Shown here: one piece after another, positions 1 through 8,203 of the stretch | Layout of the letters: each line of letters begins with the position of its first letter | How positions within the stretch are numbered: position 1 is the stretch's first letter | Source: Nitrospinales bacterium | GTDB taxonomy: Bacteria; Nitrospinota; Nitrospinia; Nitrospinales; JAJDAT01 | DNA length: 30,791 nt | Direction: 5' to 3' | Assembly (NCBI GenBank): GCA_046757665.1 | Contig: JBHHYO010000027.1 | Span: 1 to 30,791 of the forward strand | Made by a program: the position numbers and the translations under genes | Notes under the pieces: generated by a model | Seen by the model: the letters and a program-made list of their open reading frames with translations, nothing else | What the model was told of the DNA's origin: nothing | Database searches by the model: none

Positions 1-76
1 TTACTCAAAAACAACTTTATAAAAAATACTCTAAATTACGCAATTAAGTACTAGCTGAGTTCGGGGAAACGCGATT

Positions 77-1267
77 TTGAAAAACTCAAAAAAACCGGAT
101 TGGCCGGAAACCGAAGACCTGAGCGCAAAACAAGCGATTCAATACGCCCGGGAATTGTCGGGTCTGTACCGCTCCGAAAAAGACAAGCGTCTGCAGTTGG
201 AGACGGCCAACAAGGAACTGAAACGGCTGAATGCCGAGCTTCACAAGCTACGCGGCCAACTGGAGATGGAAAACGCCTACCTGCGCGAAGAGATGTGCCA
301 TGAATTATCTTTCGGCAACATCATCGGCAAGAGTCCGGCTTTCCAAAAGGTGCTGAACGAAATCGAACTGGTGGCGCGCACCGACTCCAGCGTTCTGCTG
401 GAAGGAGAGACGGGCACCGGCAAGGAGCTGATCGCCCGGGCGATCCACGAACAAAGCCAGCGCAACAAGCGGCCCCTGGTCAAAGTCAACTGCGGCGCCA
501 TTCCCCGGGACCTGTTCGAGAGCGAATTTTTCGGGCACTTGAAAGGAGCCTTCACCGGCGCCATCAAGGACCGGGTCGGGCGGTTCCAGCTGGCCCACAA
601 GGGGACCTTGTTCCTCGATGAAGTCAGCGAAATCCCCCTGGAACTGCAAACCAATCTGCTACGGGTTCTTCAGGAAGGGCAATTCGAACCCGTCGGCGAC
701 GACCACACCCGGCAGGTGGATGTACGCATCATTTCGGCGACCAATCGGAACTTGAGCGAAGAGGTCAACCGGGGCCGTTTCCGGAACGATTTGTATTACC
801 GGCTGAACGTGATTCCCATTTACATTCCTCCCCTGCGCGAACGGCCGGAGGATATTGAAACTCTGGCGACGCACTTTCTTGCCGAGAGTTGCCGCAGGCT
901 CAACGTCAAGCAGGTGAAACTGACAAAAAAGAACGTGGACGAGTTGCAGGCTTACGACTGGCCGGGCAATGTCCGGGAAATGCAGAATGTGATTGAGCGG
1001 GCGGTCATCATCAGCAAACGGGGGCCGCTGAAATTCGATTTGACAAGCCACATCGGTATCCCCACCGAACCGAAGAGCCTGAAAAACAACAACCAGATTC
1101 TTTCCGAGGAAGAACGCAAACGTCTTGAGCGGTCAAACATTCTTGCCGCCCTGGAAGAAACCAACTGGAAAATATACGGTCCCGGCGGCGCGGCGGAAAT
1201 GCTGGGCGCCGAGCCCGCCACCCTGGCCTACCGGATGAAAAAGATGGGCCTGAAAAAACCCCGCTGA
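77..1267 (+). CDS. Sigma54-dependent transcriptional activator (FhlA/NtrC-like AAA+ with Fis-type HTH), N-terminal coiled coil only
   Basis: Walker A GETGTGKE, GAFTGA loop, Walker B LFLDEV, FRNDLYYRLNV, WPGNVREMQN, C-terminal AAEMLG...TLAYRM HTH. TTG start. Confidence 0.95.
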   Translation: MKNSKKPDWPETEDLSAKQAIQYARELSGLYRSEKDKRLQLETANKELKRLNAELHKLRGQLEMENAYLREEMCHELSFGNIIGKSPAFQKVLNEIELVARTDSSVLLEGETGTGKELIARAIHEQSQRNKRPLVKVNCGAIPRDLFESEFFGHLKGAFTGAIKDRVGRFQLAHKGTLFLDEVSEIPLELQTNLLRVLQEGQFEPVGDDHTRQVDVRIISATNRNLSEEVNRGRFRNDLYYRLNVIPIYIPPLRERPEDIETLATHFLAESCRRLNVKQVKLTKKNVDELQAYDWPGNVREMQNVIERAVIISKRGPLKFDLTSHIGIPTEPKSLKNNNQILSEEERKRLERSNILAALEETNWKIYGPGGAAEMLGAEPATLAYRMKKMGLKKPR

Positions 1268-1308
1268 ACCCGCCAGTACCGCCAACGCCCGCGATACAAA
1301 CGCAACTC

Positions 1309-1428
1309 CTTCGCCGCCCCGGTGTCATCGCAAGCCGCCACCGGCGGCGCGGCGATCCAGCCGGGCCACGCCCGGTGGGAATGGGTCCTTTCTGGATTGC
1401 TTCGTCGGCGGAGCCGCCTCGCAGTGAC
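1309..1428. repeat. REP-like composite palindrome between convergent genes
   Basis: GTCATCGCAAG..GCGATCCAG (1324-1360) pairs imperfectly with CTGGATTGC..CTCGCAGTGAC (1392-1428). Each arm has an inner GC hairpin. The left arm recurs at 16365-16418. Confidence 0.8.
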
Positions 1429-1461
1429 GGTCAAACAAGTACACGTATGCGAAAGCCACGG

Positions 1462-2259
1462 TCAGGCCGCGGATTTTCCGGCCTTTTTGGCTTCCCGCCG
1501 CCGGCGGATTTCGCTCAACACCGCCTCGCGGTTTTTGGGGTCCTCAAAAAAGTAGGAAACAAATATCCCGAATTCGTAAAGTCCGTATAACGGCAAACCC
1601 AGCAAAAGCTGGGTGATGACGTCGGGAGGGGTCAGGATGGCGCTGATGACAAAACAACCCAGAAAAGCCCACTTGCGATACATTCTCATTTTGACCGTGC
1701 TGGCCAGTCCCAGCTTGGTCACGAGCACCATCAGCAGGGGCGCCTGAAAGGCAAAGGCAAAGGCGAGAATCAATTTCACCACGAACGAATAATAAAGACC
1801 GATGGTGACCTGCATTTTCCAGTAGGTCACGCCGAAAAGCAGTAAAAACTTCAAGCCCAGCGGCAAAACCAGAAAATAACAGAACACCCCGCCAAACACA
1901 AAAAAGACCGTCCCCGACAGCACGAACAATATCGTAATTTTCTTTTCCCTGACTTTGAGGCCGGGAGAAATAAAAGCCCACAGGTGGTACAAAATCACCG
2001 GCATGGAGATAAACAGCGACCCCATGACGGAAACTTTCAAGGTCGTAAAAAAAGGCTCGGTCGGAGAAATGAAAGTGAGTTCCTCCTTGAACTCCGCCGG
2101 CAAGGGAGTTTGCAACCAGTCCAGCAAATACACCTGAAAATAAAAACACACTCCCGTAAACACGCCGACAACGGCGGCTACAATCGCGAACCGGTCACGC
2201 AACTCGCGCAAGTGGGAACTGATGGGAATTTTTTCCGTGAACTTTACCGGTTTAATCAT
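1462..2259 (-). CDS. tatC: Twin-arginine translocase subunit TatC
   Basis: HLRELRDR, ISPTEPF, LWAFISPGL, AILTPPD, LYGLYE motifs; six hydrophobic segments. Confidence 0.97.
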   Translation of the reverse strand: MIKPVKFTEKIPISSHLRELRDRFAIVAAVVGVFTGVCFYFQVYLLDWLQTPLPAEFKEELTFISPTEPFFTTLKVSVMGSLFISMPVILYHLWAFISPGLKVREKKITILFVLSGTVFFVFGGVFCYFLVLPLGLKFLLLFGVTYWKMQVTIGLYYSFVVKLILAFAFAFQAPLLMVLVTKLGLASTVKMRMYRKWAFLGCFVISAILTPPDVITQLLLGLPLYGLYEFGIFVSYFFEDPKNREAVLSEIRRRREAKKAGKSAA

Positions 2260-2375
2260 GGTGTTTCCGACAGTAGAAATCGCCTTCGATGTTTAAAAAA
2301 GTTTTTCGGGCCGCATCCGCAACCCGCCGACGGCGCGGCGCGGCGGACGAAGCGCTGTGTTTTGAAAAGATTCTG

Positions 2376-2384
2376 ATTATAACA
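2376..2384 (-). promoter_or_regulatory. Putative extended -10 promoter for tatC
   Basis: Minus strand reads TGTTATAAT about 115 bp upstream of the tatC ATG; no clear -35. Confidence 0.4.
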
Positions 2385-2580
2385 AGGATGCGCGAAGAAA
2401 TTTGAATAATAATTGATTACTCCCGCAAAATAATGGATAATGATCTTCCAAAACAGCCCGAACGCGCCATACGATAGCCTGACAACCGGCATCGGCGATT
2501 TTGCGGAGGTGATTTTCCCGAAAATTGCCCGTACTTCGGGCAGAGTCTGATCCGTTAAACACTTTTTCGGAATATCCCGA

Positions 2581-2760
2581 ATGAACTTGCAAGGGGAAAA
2601 AGTTGCCAGCATTAAAGTCATCAACATCTCCGAGGAATCCGCCGACGCCATCGAAAAAATGGTGAATGCAACAGTCGGTTTTCTGCACAAGCAGAACACC
2701 AAGATACTGGATATTCAAATCACGGACGACAACATTTTTTTCATCCTCGGCGAGAAATAA
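2581..2760 (+). CDS. Small hypothetical protein, 59 aa (below the ORF-track cutoff)
   Basis: ATG..TAA encodes MNLQGEKVASIKVINISEESADAIEKMVNATVGFLHKQNTKILDIQITDDNIFFILGEK; protein-like amphipathic pattern; same strand as the downstream tRNA and DUF507 genes. Confidence 0.7.
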   Translation: MNLQGEKVASIKVINISEESADAIEKMVNATVGFLHKQNTKILDIQITDDNIFFILGEK

Positions 2761-2795
2761 AAAGACGCCTTGCTCCGAAACCTTGAACGCGCAAC

Positions 2796-2868
2796 GCGGG
2801 AGTAGCTCAGTTGGTAGAGTGTCAGCTTCCCAAGCTGAATGTCGCGGGTTCGAGCCCCGTCTCCCGCT
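2796..2868 (+). tRNA. tRNA-Gly (CCC), CCA not encoded
   Basis: Acceptor GCGGGAG/CTCCCGC, D arm GCTC-AGTTGGTA-GAGT, anticodon arm TCAGC-TTCCCAA-GCTGA, T loop GGTTCGAG, discriminator T. Confidence 0.97.
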
Positions 2869-2933
2869 TTTTATGATTGTCGGCGGCCGGCTTTTTGCCG
2901 GAAACCCGCCCCATCATTACCGGAAATGAAAAC

Positions 2934-3215
2934 ATGAAGCTCCAAAAAAACTTTATCGAACTCATGGCGCGAAAAATCGTCGAGTCCCTGATCAAAAACG
3001 ATTTGATTATCTGGGAAGACACACCGGAAAAATTGACCGCCATCGTCGCCAAGGTCATCACCGACGACCTTATGGTGGAAGACCGGCTGAACGAAGAAGT
3101 CAAAATGTTGCTTGAATCCAGGACCAAGGACTATGAACGCAGTATGATGGATTACGGCCGCGTTTTCCAGATGGTCAAATCCAAACTGGTCCGCGAACGG
3201 GGATTGATCCTCTAA
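2934..3215 (+). CDS. DUF507 family protein
   Basis: MKLQKNFIELMARKIVESL...EDRLNEEVKMLLE...FQMVKSKLVRERGLIL resembles DUF507. ATG at 2934 preferred over the TTG at 2877. Confidence 0.8.
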   Translation: MKLQKNFIELMARKIVESLIKNDLIIWEDTPEKLTAIVAKVITDDLMVEDRLNEEVKMLLESRTKDYERSMMDYGRVFQMVKSKLVRERGLIL

Positions 3216-3232
3216 CCTTTAACCGGTATTCC

Positions 3233-3520
3233 ATGAAACTGAACAGGGAAAAAATCAATCACATCAGCAGTCTCATCGTGCAGGATTTTGAACGGCGCGA
3301 CGAGCTGGACTACAAGGTCAGCCTCAACGAACTGCGACTGCACATCGTCGAGGTCATGACCGAGCAATTGCAGATCGAAGACAATGCCGACACCGAAACC
3401 CGCAAAATCCTCGCCTCCTACACCGCAAAACCCCTGCGCGAAGGGACCCCCGAATGGGATATCCTGTATCAAAAGCATTTCGACGAATACATGAACAAGC
3501 ATGGGGTCAGCCGTCCCTAA
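3233..3520 (+). CDS. DUF507 family protein (second paralog)
   Basis: MKLNREKINHIS...RKILASY...EGTPEWDILYQKHFDEYMNKHG; tandem with the previous gene. Confidence 0.8.
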   Translation: MKLNREKINHISSLIVQDFERRDELDYKVSLNELRLHIVEVMTEQLQIEDNADTETRKILASYTAKPLREGTPEWDILYQKHFDEYMNKHGVSRP

Positions 3521-4707
3521 AATTTCTCCCCGGCTATCCGCACAATATCGGCGTAAACTTTTTTGAGAGGCAGTTTGCGTTTTTTGGCGATCCGTTTGCA
3601 CTCCTCATACTCCGGCGCGAACTGCACAATGGCGCCGTTTAACCTGCCGACTTTAATCTGTACCCGCCCGTAGGGGGTTTTAACGGAAACCCGCTCGCGC
3701 TCCAGCACAATGCGGTCCACCTCGTAAAACCGGACGCCGAACGTGGATGTCTCGGACAACAGCATTTTCACCGCAAGGTCTCTTTTAGCCTCCGGCACCA
3801 GGGCCGAGAGCTTCACGGCGGGACGGTTTTTTTTCATGGCAATGTGCGTGAGAAAAACGTCGGCGGCGCCGGCGTCGAACAACATCTCCATGATATGCTC
3901 GTAAAACTCCGGGTTCATGTCGTCGATGTTGGTTTCGATCATGGTCATGGGCCGGCGCGCCACCGGTTTCCCCTCCATCTCACCGACGATAATCCTTAAC
4001 ATGTTGGGCCGCCCGTCCAGGACATGGTCTCCGGCGCCATGGCCCGACCCGGCGATTGTCATCAGCGGCAGGGGCACAAATTCCTGCGCCACCGACCCGA
4101 TGAGGGCCGCGCCGGTGGGGGTGGTCAGCTCCGCCTCCGTACCGTCGGAATAACAGGGAATGCCCTCCAGCAGTTTCAACGTGGCGGGGGCGGGAACGGG
4201 CAAATAGCCGTGCTCGCACAAAACCGTCCCCTCGCCCGTATTCAACGGCGAGGCAAAAATCGCTTCAACATTCAGAAGCTCCAGCCCCAGGAGCCCGCCG
4301 ACAATATCGACAATGGAATCGACGGCGCCCACTTCATGGAAATGCACCTTGTCCAGGCCGACGTCGTGGATTTCGGCTTCCGCCCGGCCGATCTTGGTGA
4401 AAATCTCGACCGCCCGGATTTTGACGCCGTCCGGCAAGCCGGAGCGTTCCAGCATTTTTTTGATTTGGGAATATCCATGATGCTTCTTTCCCGTCTTGCC
4501 GACGCGGACATCCACCTTGGCGCCGCGAATCGACCCGCGCTTGACCTTCGAGGTTTTGATCGTATAGCCGTCCAGGTCCAGTTGGCGAAGGCCTTTTTTG
4601 ATGGCGCGCATGTCCACGCCGAGGTCCGCCAGCGCGCCAAGAATCATGTCGCCGCTTATCCCCGAACGACAATCAAAATAAGCCACTCTCATTTTTTCAT
4701 CGCTCAA
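3517..4707 (-). CDS. larC: Nickel pincer cofactor biosynthesis protein LarC (nickel insertase)
   Basis: YFDCRSGISGDMILGAL, VHFHEVGAVDSIVDI, LPVPAPAT, ELTTPTGAAL, ETNIDDM, MKKNRP, ETSTFGVR, PEYEEC. Start is either TTG 4707 or ATG 4692. Confidence 0.95.
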   Translation of the reverse strand: MSDEKMRVAYFDCRSGISGDMILGALADLGVDMRAIKKGLRQLDLDGYTIKTSKVKRGSIRGAKVDVRVGKTGKKHHGYSQIKKMLERSGLPDGVKIRAVEIFTKIGRAEAEIHDVGLDKVHFHEVGAVDSIVDIVGGLLGLELLNVEAIFASPLNTGEGTVLCEHGYLPVPAPATLKLLEGIPCYSDGTEAELTTPTGAALIGSVAQEFVPLPLMTIAGSGHGAGDHVLDGRPNMLRIIVGEMEGKPVARRPMTMIETNIDDMNPEFYEHIMEMLFDAGAADVFLTHIAMKKNRPAVKLSALVPEAKRDLAVKMLLSETSTFGVRFYEVDRIVLERERVSVKTPYGRVQIKVGRLNGAIVQFAPEYEECKRIAKKRKLPLKKVYADIVRIAGEKF

Positions 4708-5027
4708 GGTTTCGTGGAATTTTTCTGCAGGGGCCGCCTGAACCGGGACAGGAACTTGTTCAGCATCCCCTTCCGCTTCACCTTTTCCCCATGTTGCGCC
4801 ACCATCTCCTCTTGTGACGAGTTCCGTCCCTGATGCTGGTCGATGAACAGTTGCAGGAGAATGTGGCAGGAATGACAGCCGCCGCCGGCCTGGCAGGCTT
4901 GCGTCACGGATTCAATCGTCTTGAGATCATTTTCCTCGATGCAGGCGCGGATGACGGCTTCGGTCACGCTGAAACATTTGCAGATGACATCGTCATCCGC
5001 GGGCAGGGATGGGTTGTTTTCCGTCAT
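4704..5027 (-). CDS. BFD-like [2Fe-2S]-binding protein (NifU middle-domain-like)
   Basis: ICKCFSV...AGGGCHSC Cys pattern. ATG 5027 chosen because the longer ORF overlaps tRNA-Met. Confidence 0.88.
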   Translation of the reverse strand: MTENNPSLPADDDVICKCFSVTEAVIRACIEENDLKTIESVTQACQAGGGCHSCHILLQLFIDQHQGRNSSQEEMVAQHGEKVKRKGMLNKFLSRFRRPLQKNSTKP

Positions 5028-5063
5028 GGAGAAAATCGCGGCCAGGGCCGCCGCGGGGGAAAA

Positions 5064-5140
5064 TGGTGGCGGTGCAGGGAATTGAACCCCGGACACTACG
5101 GATATGAGCCGTATGCTCTAACCATCTGAGCTACACCGCC
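5064..5140 (-). tRNA. tRNA-Met (CAT), probably elongator, CCA encoded
   Basis: Minus strand GGCGGTGTAGCTCAGATGGTTAGAGCATACGGCTCATATCCGTAGTGTCCGGGGTTCAATTCCCTGCACCGCCACCA. G1-C72 is paired and the anticodon stem lacks the three-GC run, so it is not the initiator. Confidence 0.93.
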
Positions 5141-5148
5141 GGGCATTT

Positions 5149-5176
5149 AAAAAAAAAGCGAGGTACGCCGCCTCGC
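5149..5176 (-). terminator. Intrinsic terminator-like hairpin in the tRNA-Met leader
   Basis: Minus strand GCGAGG-cggcgta-CCTCGC followed by T9. Confidence 0.6.
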
Positions 5177-5202
5177 CGACAAATCGGTTGATGTTTGAAA
5201 AA

Positions 5203-5232
5203 AGTTTACCTTACTTGCTTTCGGCCTGTCAA
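5203..5232 (-). promoter_or_regulatory. Sigma70-type promoter upstream of tRNA-Met
   Basis: TTGACA (5232-5227), 18-nt spacer, TAAACT (5208-5203). Confidence 0.7.
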
Positions 5233-5281
5233 TAAGGAAAACCCGCGCCCGCCCTTGGCGCCCGGCTCCCGCAATGTCCGG

Positions 5282-6661
5282 TCACGCCTGGTCTTTCCAG
5301 CGGCGCACGTCCTTCATGTATTTTTCCCGGTCCATCGCCTTGTCGGAGGGAAATATCTCCATGAGGGGCTGGGGAAATTTGTTCTCCTGCGGAAAACACT
5401 CGAAGGCGCCGTTCTCCACGCGATACACGTTGTGAAAGGTGCGGTACTGGGCGGCGGCGCCGACAAAGTCCCAATTCGTTTCGCCGCGGATCAGGCGGTA
5501 AAACTCCGCGCAACCGATGCCTTCGTATAAATTGATCTTCCCGGTGCGCCCTTTCACCACCTCCGGCGGACGGGAAAAGTCGATACTCCATATTTCGGAG
5601 CCTTCGCGGCCAAAGACCTCCAACTGGTAATTCACCTTCCAGTGCGCGAAAACTTTTCCGGCGTCGGCGCGCATGAGCCGGTCGAGCAATTCTTCCCGGA
5701 TGAACCGGGTCACCTCGCGCCATTCCTCCTCTTGCCCGGCCTTGTCCTCCGTCGGGTACTGGATGGCGGGCACCGGCGCGACGGGCTTGAACTCGATCAG
5801 ATGACTGTCGTCTTCCCGCATCCGCACGAAACCGGAACTTTGCGGCAACACCCTGGCGCCGGTTTTCGATATCTCCGCAACGTCGCCGGGAAAAAACGTA
5901 CTGCTTTTGATCCGCGGGCAAAAATCCGCCAGGTCGCGCAGAAACTGTTGCTGGGTCGTCGGAAAGGAGTATTGATTGAGAAAACCGAATCGATCGACGT
6001 AACGGAAACCCGCCGAGCCCGGAACGACAAACCCCGGCTCCAGGGCCTCCAGCACCTTGAAGAACGAAACGTATTCCTCAAACGGCAGTTTCAGCGCCTG
6101 ATGAAACGTGAAATTCCCCTCCAACAGCGGCAAAAACCGGGAATGCGTAAACTCCACCCGGCCATACAATTTATGGATGTACTGGATGACCCGCGGATTG
6201 ACGACGGTGTCCACCTGGTTCCAGACGGTGACCTCGCCGTCGTGAACCAGCAAACCGTGTTCCGGATATTCCTCCCGATTGAACGACGGCGTCGGCGTCA
6301 GGGTCACGCCCTTGAACCGGAACGGCTCGAAGTCTTCCGACAACTTGACCGGAGCGTAGCCCAGCGCTTCCAGCACCTCCAGCAACACATCGTCGTTGGG
6401 GGCGATGGTGACGGCATCGGCGGTCAGGACGCCGGACTTCCGCAGGTAGGTAAGGGTTCGCACGTCAAAATGGTCCTGATGGCGGTGCGACAAATACAGG
6501 ATATTGACCGGCGGGATTTTATCTTTTTGCAAATCGACGCTGGGGCACAGGACGTTGATCCCTTCCCAATGCGGATCGAAAAAAACGGGGTCGGTGAGAA
6601 TGGTCATTCCCCCTGCCTGGATCAGCAGGCAAGCGTGGGAGATCAATGTGGTCTGTATCAT
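5282..6661 (-). CDS. MBL-fold metallo-hydrolase with C-terminal extension
   Basis: SHACLLI, ILTDPVF, SHRHQDHFD (HxHxDH). ATG 6661 (MIQTTLISHAC) preferred over 6760. Confidence 0.88.
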   Translation of the reverse strand: MIQTTLISHACLLIQAGGMTILTDPVFFDPHWEGINVLCPSVDLQKDKIPPVNILYLSHRHQDHFDVRTLTYLRKSGVLTADAVTIAPNDDVLLEVLEALGYAPVKLSEDFEPFRFKGVTLTPTPSFNREEYPEHGLLVHDGEVTVWNQVDTVVNPRVIQYIHKLYGRVEFTHSRFLPLLEGNFTFHQALKLPFEEYVSFFKVLEALEPGFVVPGSAGFRYVDRFGFLNQYSFPTTQQQFLRDLADFCPRIKSSTFFPGDVAEISKTGARVLPQSSGFVRMREDDSHLIEFKPVAPVPAIQYPTEDKAGQEEEWREVTRFIREELLDRLMRADAGKVFAHWKVNYQLEVFGREGSEIWSIDFSRPPEVVKGRTGKINLYEGIGCAEFYRLIRGETNWDFVGAAAQYRTFHNVYRVENGAFECFPQENKFPQPLMEIFPSDKAMDREKYMKDVRRWKDQA

Positions 6662-6812
6662 CGGGCCTTGTCCGGAAACGGGTCGCGGGATGCTGGGATG
6701 ATAACCAAGCCCGCAAAAAATCACAAGGGAGAATACGGTTGACAGAGTTTTGCGCTCCATGTTTCCATAGTCGCAAAGCTATATACCCCCTTCACTTTAC
6801 GGGAAGACACAC

Positions 6813-7352
6813 ATGCAAGAGACATTGACTTTTGAGGAAGGCAAAACCTGTCCTATAAAAATTCGCGGCGCGGGCGGCGGGCTGTCGTTCTCACCGGGCG
6901 GCGGGATGTTGCTAGTCGCCGCCATCCCCAATCCCAGCGACCGGCAAGTCGCCGCCTGGCAGGGCAAATGGCGGGCCAAGCTGATCCAGGAATCGGAGTT
7001 TCCCTGCATCCCGATGTTTGCCATCGGCGACGACGAAGACTGGATTCTGGAAGCGCCCTGCAATCCCGCCCAGCAGGAAAAGGAATCGCCGGGCTTCTGC
7101 GAGGCGCTGTTCGCCCGCGACGACTACGAAATGCTCGCCGTTCTGGTGGATTCGGAAACCGGCATCATCCGCAAGATCAAACCCGTGATCCTGGACGACA
7201 TGTTCATCGAAAGGCTGGTGCTGTCGTGGAACCCCTACCGGCACGGCGGCGACGATTACACCAAGGGGTTTACCGATCAGGAATTCGCCCAGCGCGTCGC
7301 CCGGATTTTCGGACACAAACCCTCCAGCGAACTCTGGCGCACGTCTTGGTGA
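6813..7352 (+). CDS. Hypothetical protein
   Basis: 179-aa ORF with GC3-rich codon usage typical of this window, divergent from the MBL gene; no motif recognised. Confidence 0.75.
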   Translation: MQETLTFEEGKTCPIKIRGAGGGLSFSPGGGMLLVAAIPNPSDRQVAAWQGKWRAKLIQESEFPCIPMFAIGDDEDWILEAPCNPAQQEKESPGFCEALFARDDYEMLAVLVDSETGIIRKIKPVILDDMFIERLVLSWNPYRHGGDDYTKGFTDQEFAQRVARIFGHKPSSELWRTSW

Positions 7353-7374
7353 GCAAAGCTTAATAAAAACCAGA

Positions 7375-7431
7375 AGGTCATACTCTGACGATCTTGCAAC
7401 ATGTGGTCAAGTGGAGAGTTGACCTCTCTCC
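7375..7431. repeat. Degenerate inverted repeat/hairpin upstream of the HNH gene
   Basis: AGGTCAtACTCT (7375-7386) versus AGAGTTGACCT (7415-7425); alternative hairpin GGAGAG-N7-CTCTCC (7413-7431). Confidence 0.4.
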
Positions 7432-7449
7432 ATAATTTGGGAACATCTT

Positions 7450-8181
7450 ATGGCTAAGACAAAAGAGGTACAGATTTGTTACCTGTGTGGGTTGCCTTTA
7501 AAAGGAGAAATTAATAGAGACCACGTTCCCCCAAAGCAATTATATGGGACAGAAATAAGAAAGGTTCACAGTCCCAATTTACTTACACTCCCTGTCCACA
7601 TGGAGTGTAACCAGGCTTATCAGTATGATGAAGACTATTTTGTTAATACCCTTGTTCCTTTGGCGAAGAATTCTCCTGCCGGAAATGCTGTTTTGAAGGA
7701 TAATTTCAAAAAATATCACGAAGGCCAACAAAAAGGATTGATAACCAAAATTTTTAACGAATTTGAGCGATATCCCAGCGGAATTATTTTACCGAAGGGG
7801 AAAGTTGTCAAGCGGATTGAAGGAGACCGCGTGCATCGAATTGCATGGAAAATAATAAGAGGGTTATTTTTCCATCATGAAGGAAAATTTCTACCAGAGG
7901 ATAAACCCACCCGTCTTGAAATTGTATCCCCGGATGAGGTTCCATCCAAAAGTTTTTTGGTTTGCCTAGTTGACAAACCAGCTTTGGGTCGATACCCAGC
8001 AGTTTTCGATTATAGATACCATCAATTTAAAGAAGTAAAAAACATGTATTACTGGGCTTTACTTTTATGGGATCAAATTATCTTGCTGATGGCATTTCAT
8101 GATCTTGATTGTGATTGTAACGAGTGCCAACCGACTAAAAGTTTAAATGGCTCTATGTCAAATGGAGGGGCAAGAAATTAA
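7450..8181 (+). CDS. HNH-like zinc-finger endonuclease, AT-rich
   Basis: CYLCG...DHVPPK...NLLTLPVHMECN; sampled lines are about 37% GC versus about 55% in the flanks. Confidence 0.75.
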   Translation: MAKTKEVQICYLCGLPLKGEINRDHVPPKQLYGTEIRKVHSPNLLTLPVHMECNQAYQYDEDYFVNTLVPLAKNSPAGNAVLKDNFKKYHEGQQKGLITKIFNEFERYPSGIILPKGKVVKRIEGDRVHRIAWKIIRGLFFHHEGKFLPEDKPTRLEIVSPDEVPSKSFLVCLVDKPALGRYPAVFDYRYHQFKEVKNMYYWALLLWDQIILLMAFHDLDCDCNECQPTKSLNGSMSNGGARN

Positions 8182-8203
8182 TGAAAAGAATGAGGAGAGG
8201 GGC

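Noticed and set aside
2256-2718. Two minus-strand ORFs upstream of tatC as tatA/tatB
   Set aside because: No N-terminal TM plus amphipathic helix signature; the plus-strand 59-aa ORF is more protein-like.
5028-5096. Longer start for the BFD-like ORF
   Set aside because: Overlaps the 3' half of tRNA-Met.
2796-5140. tRNA-anchored genomic island
   Set aside because: No integrase or duplicated tRNA 3' end seen; intervening genes have host-like composition.
5642-6742. Long antisense ORFs (also 10551-11369, 11382-12392, 27363-28214 and others)
   Set aside because: Shadow frames of well-supported GC-rich genes, with no motifs.
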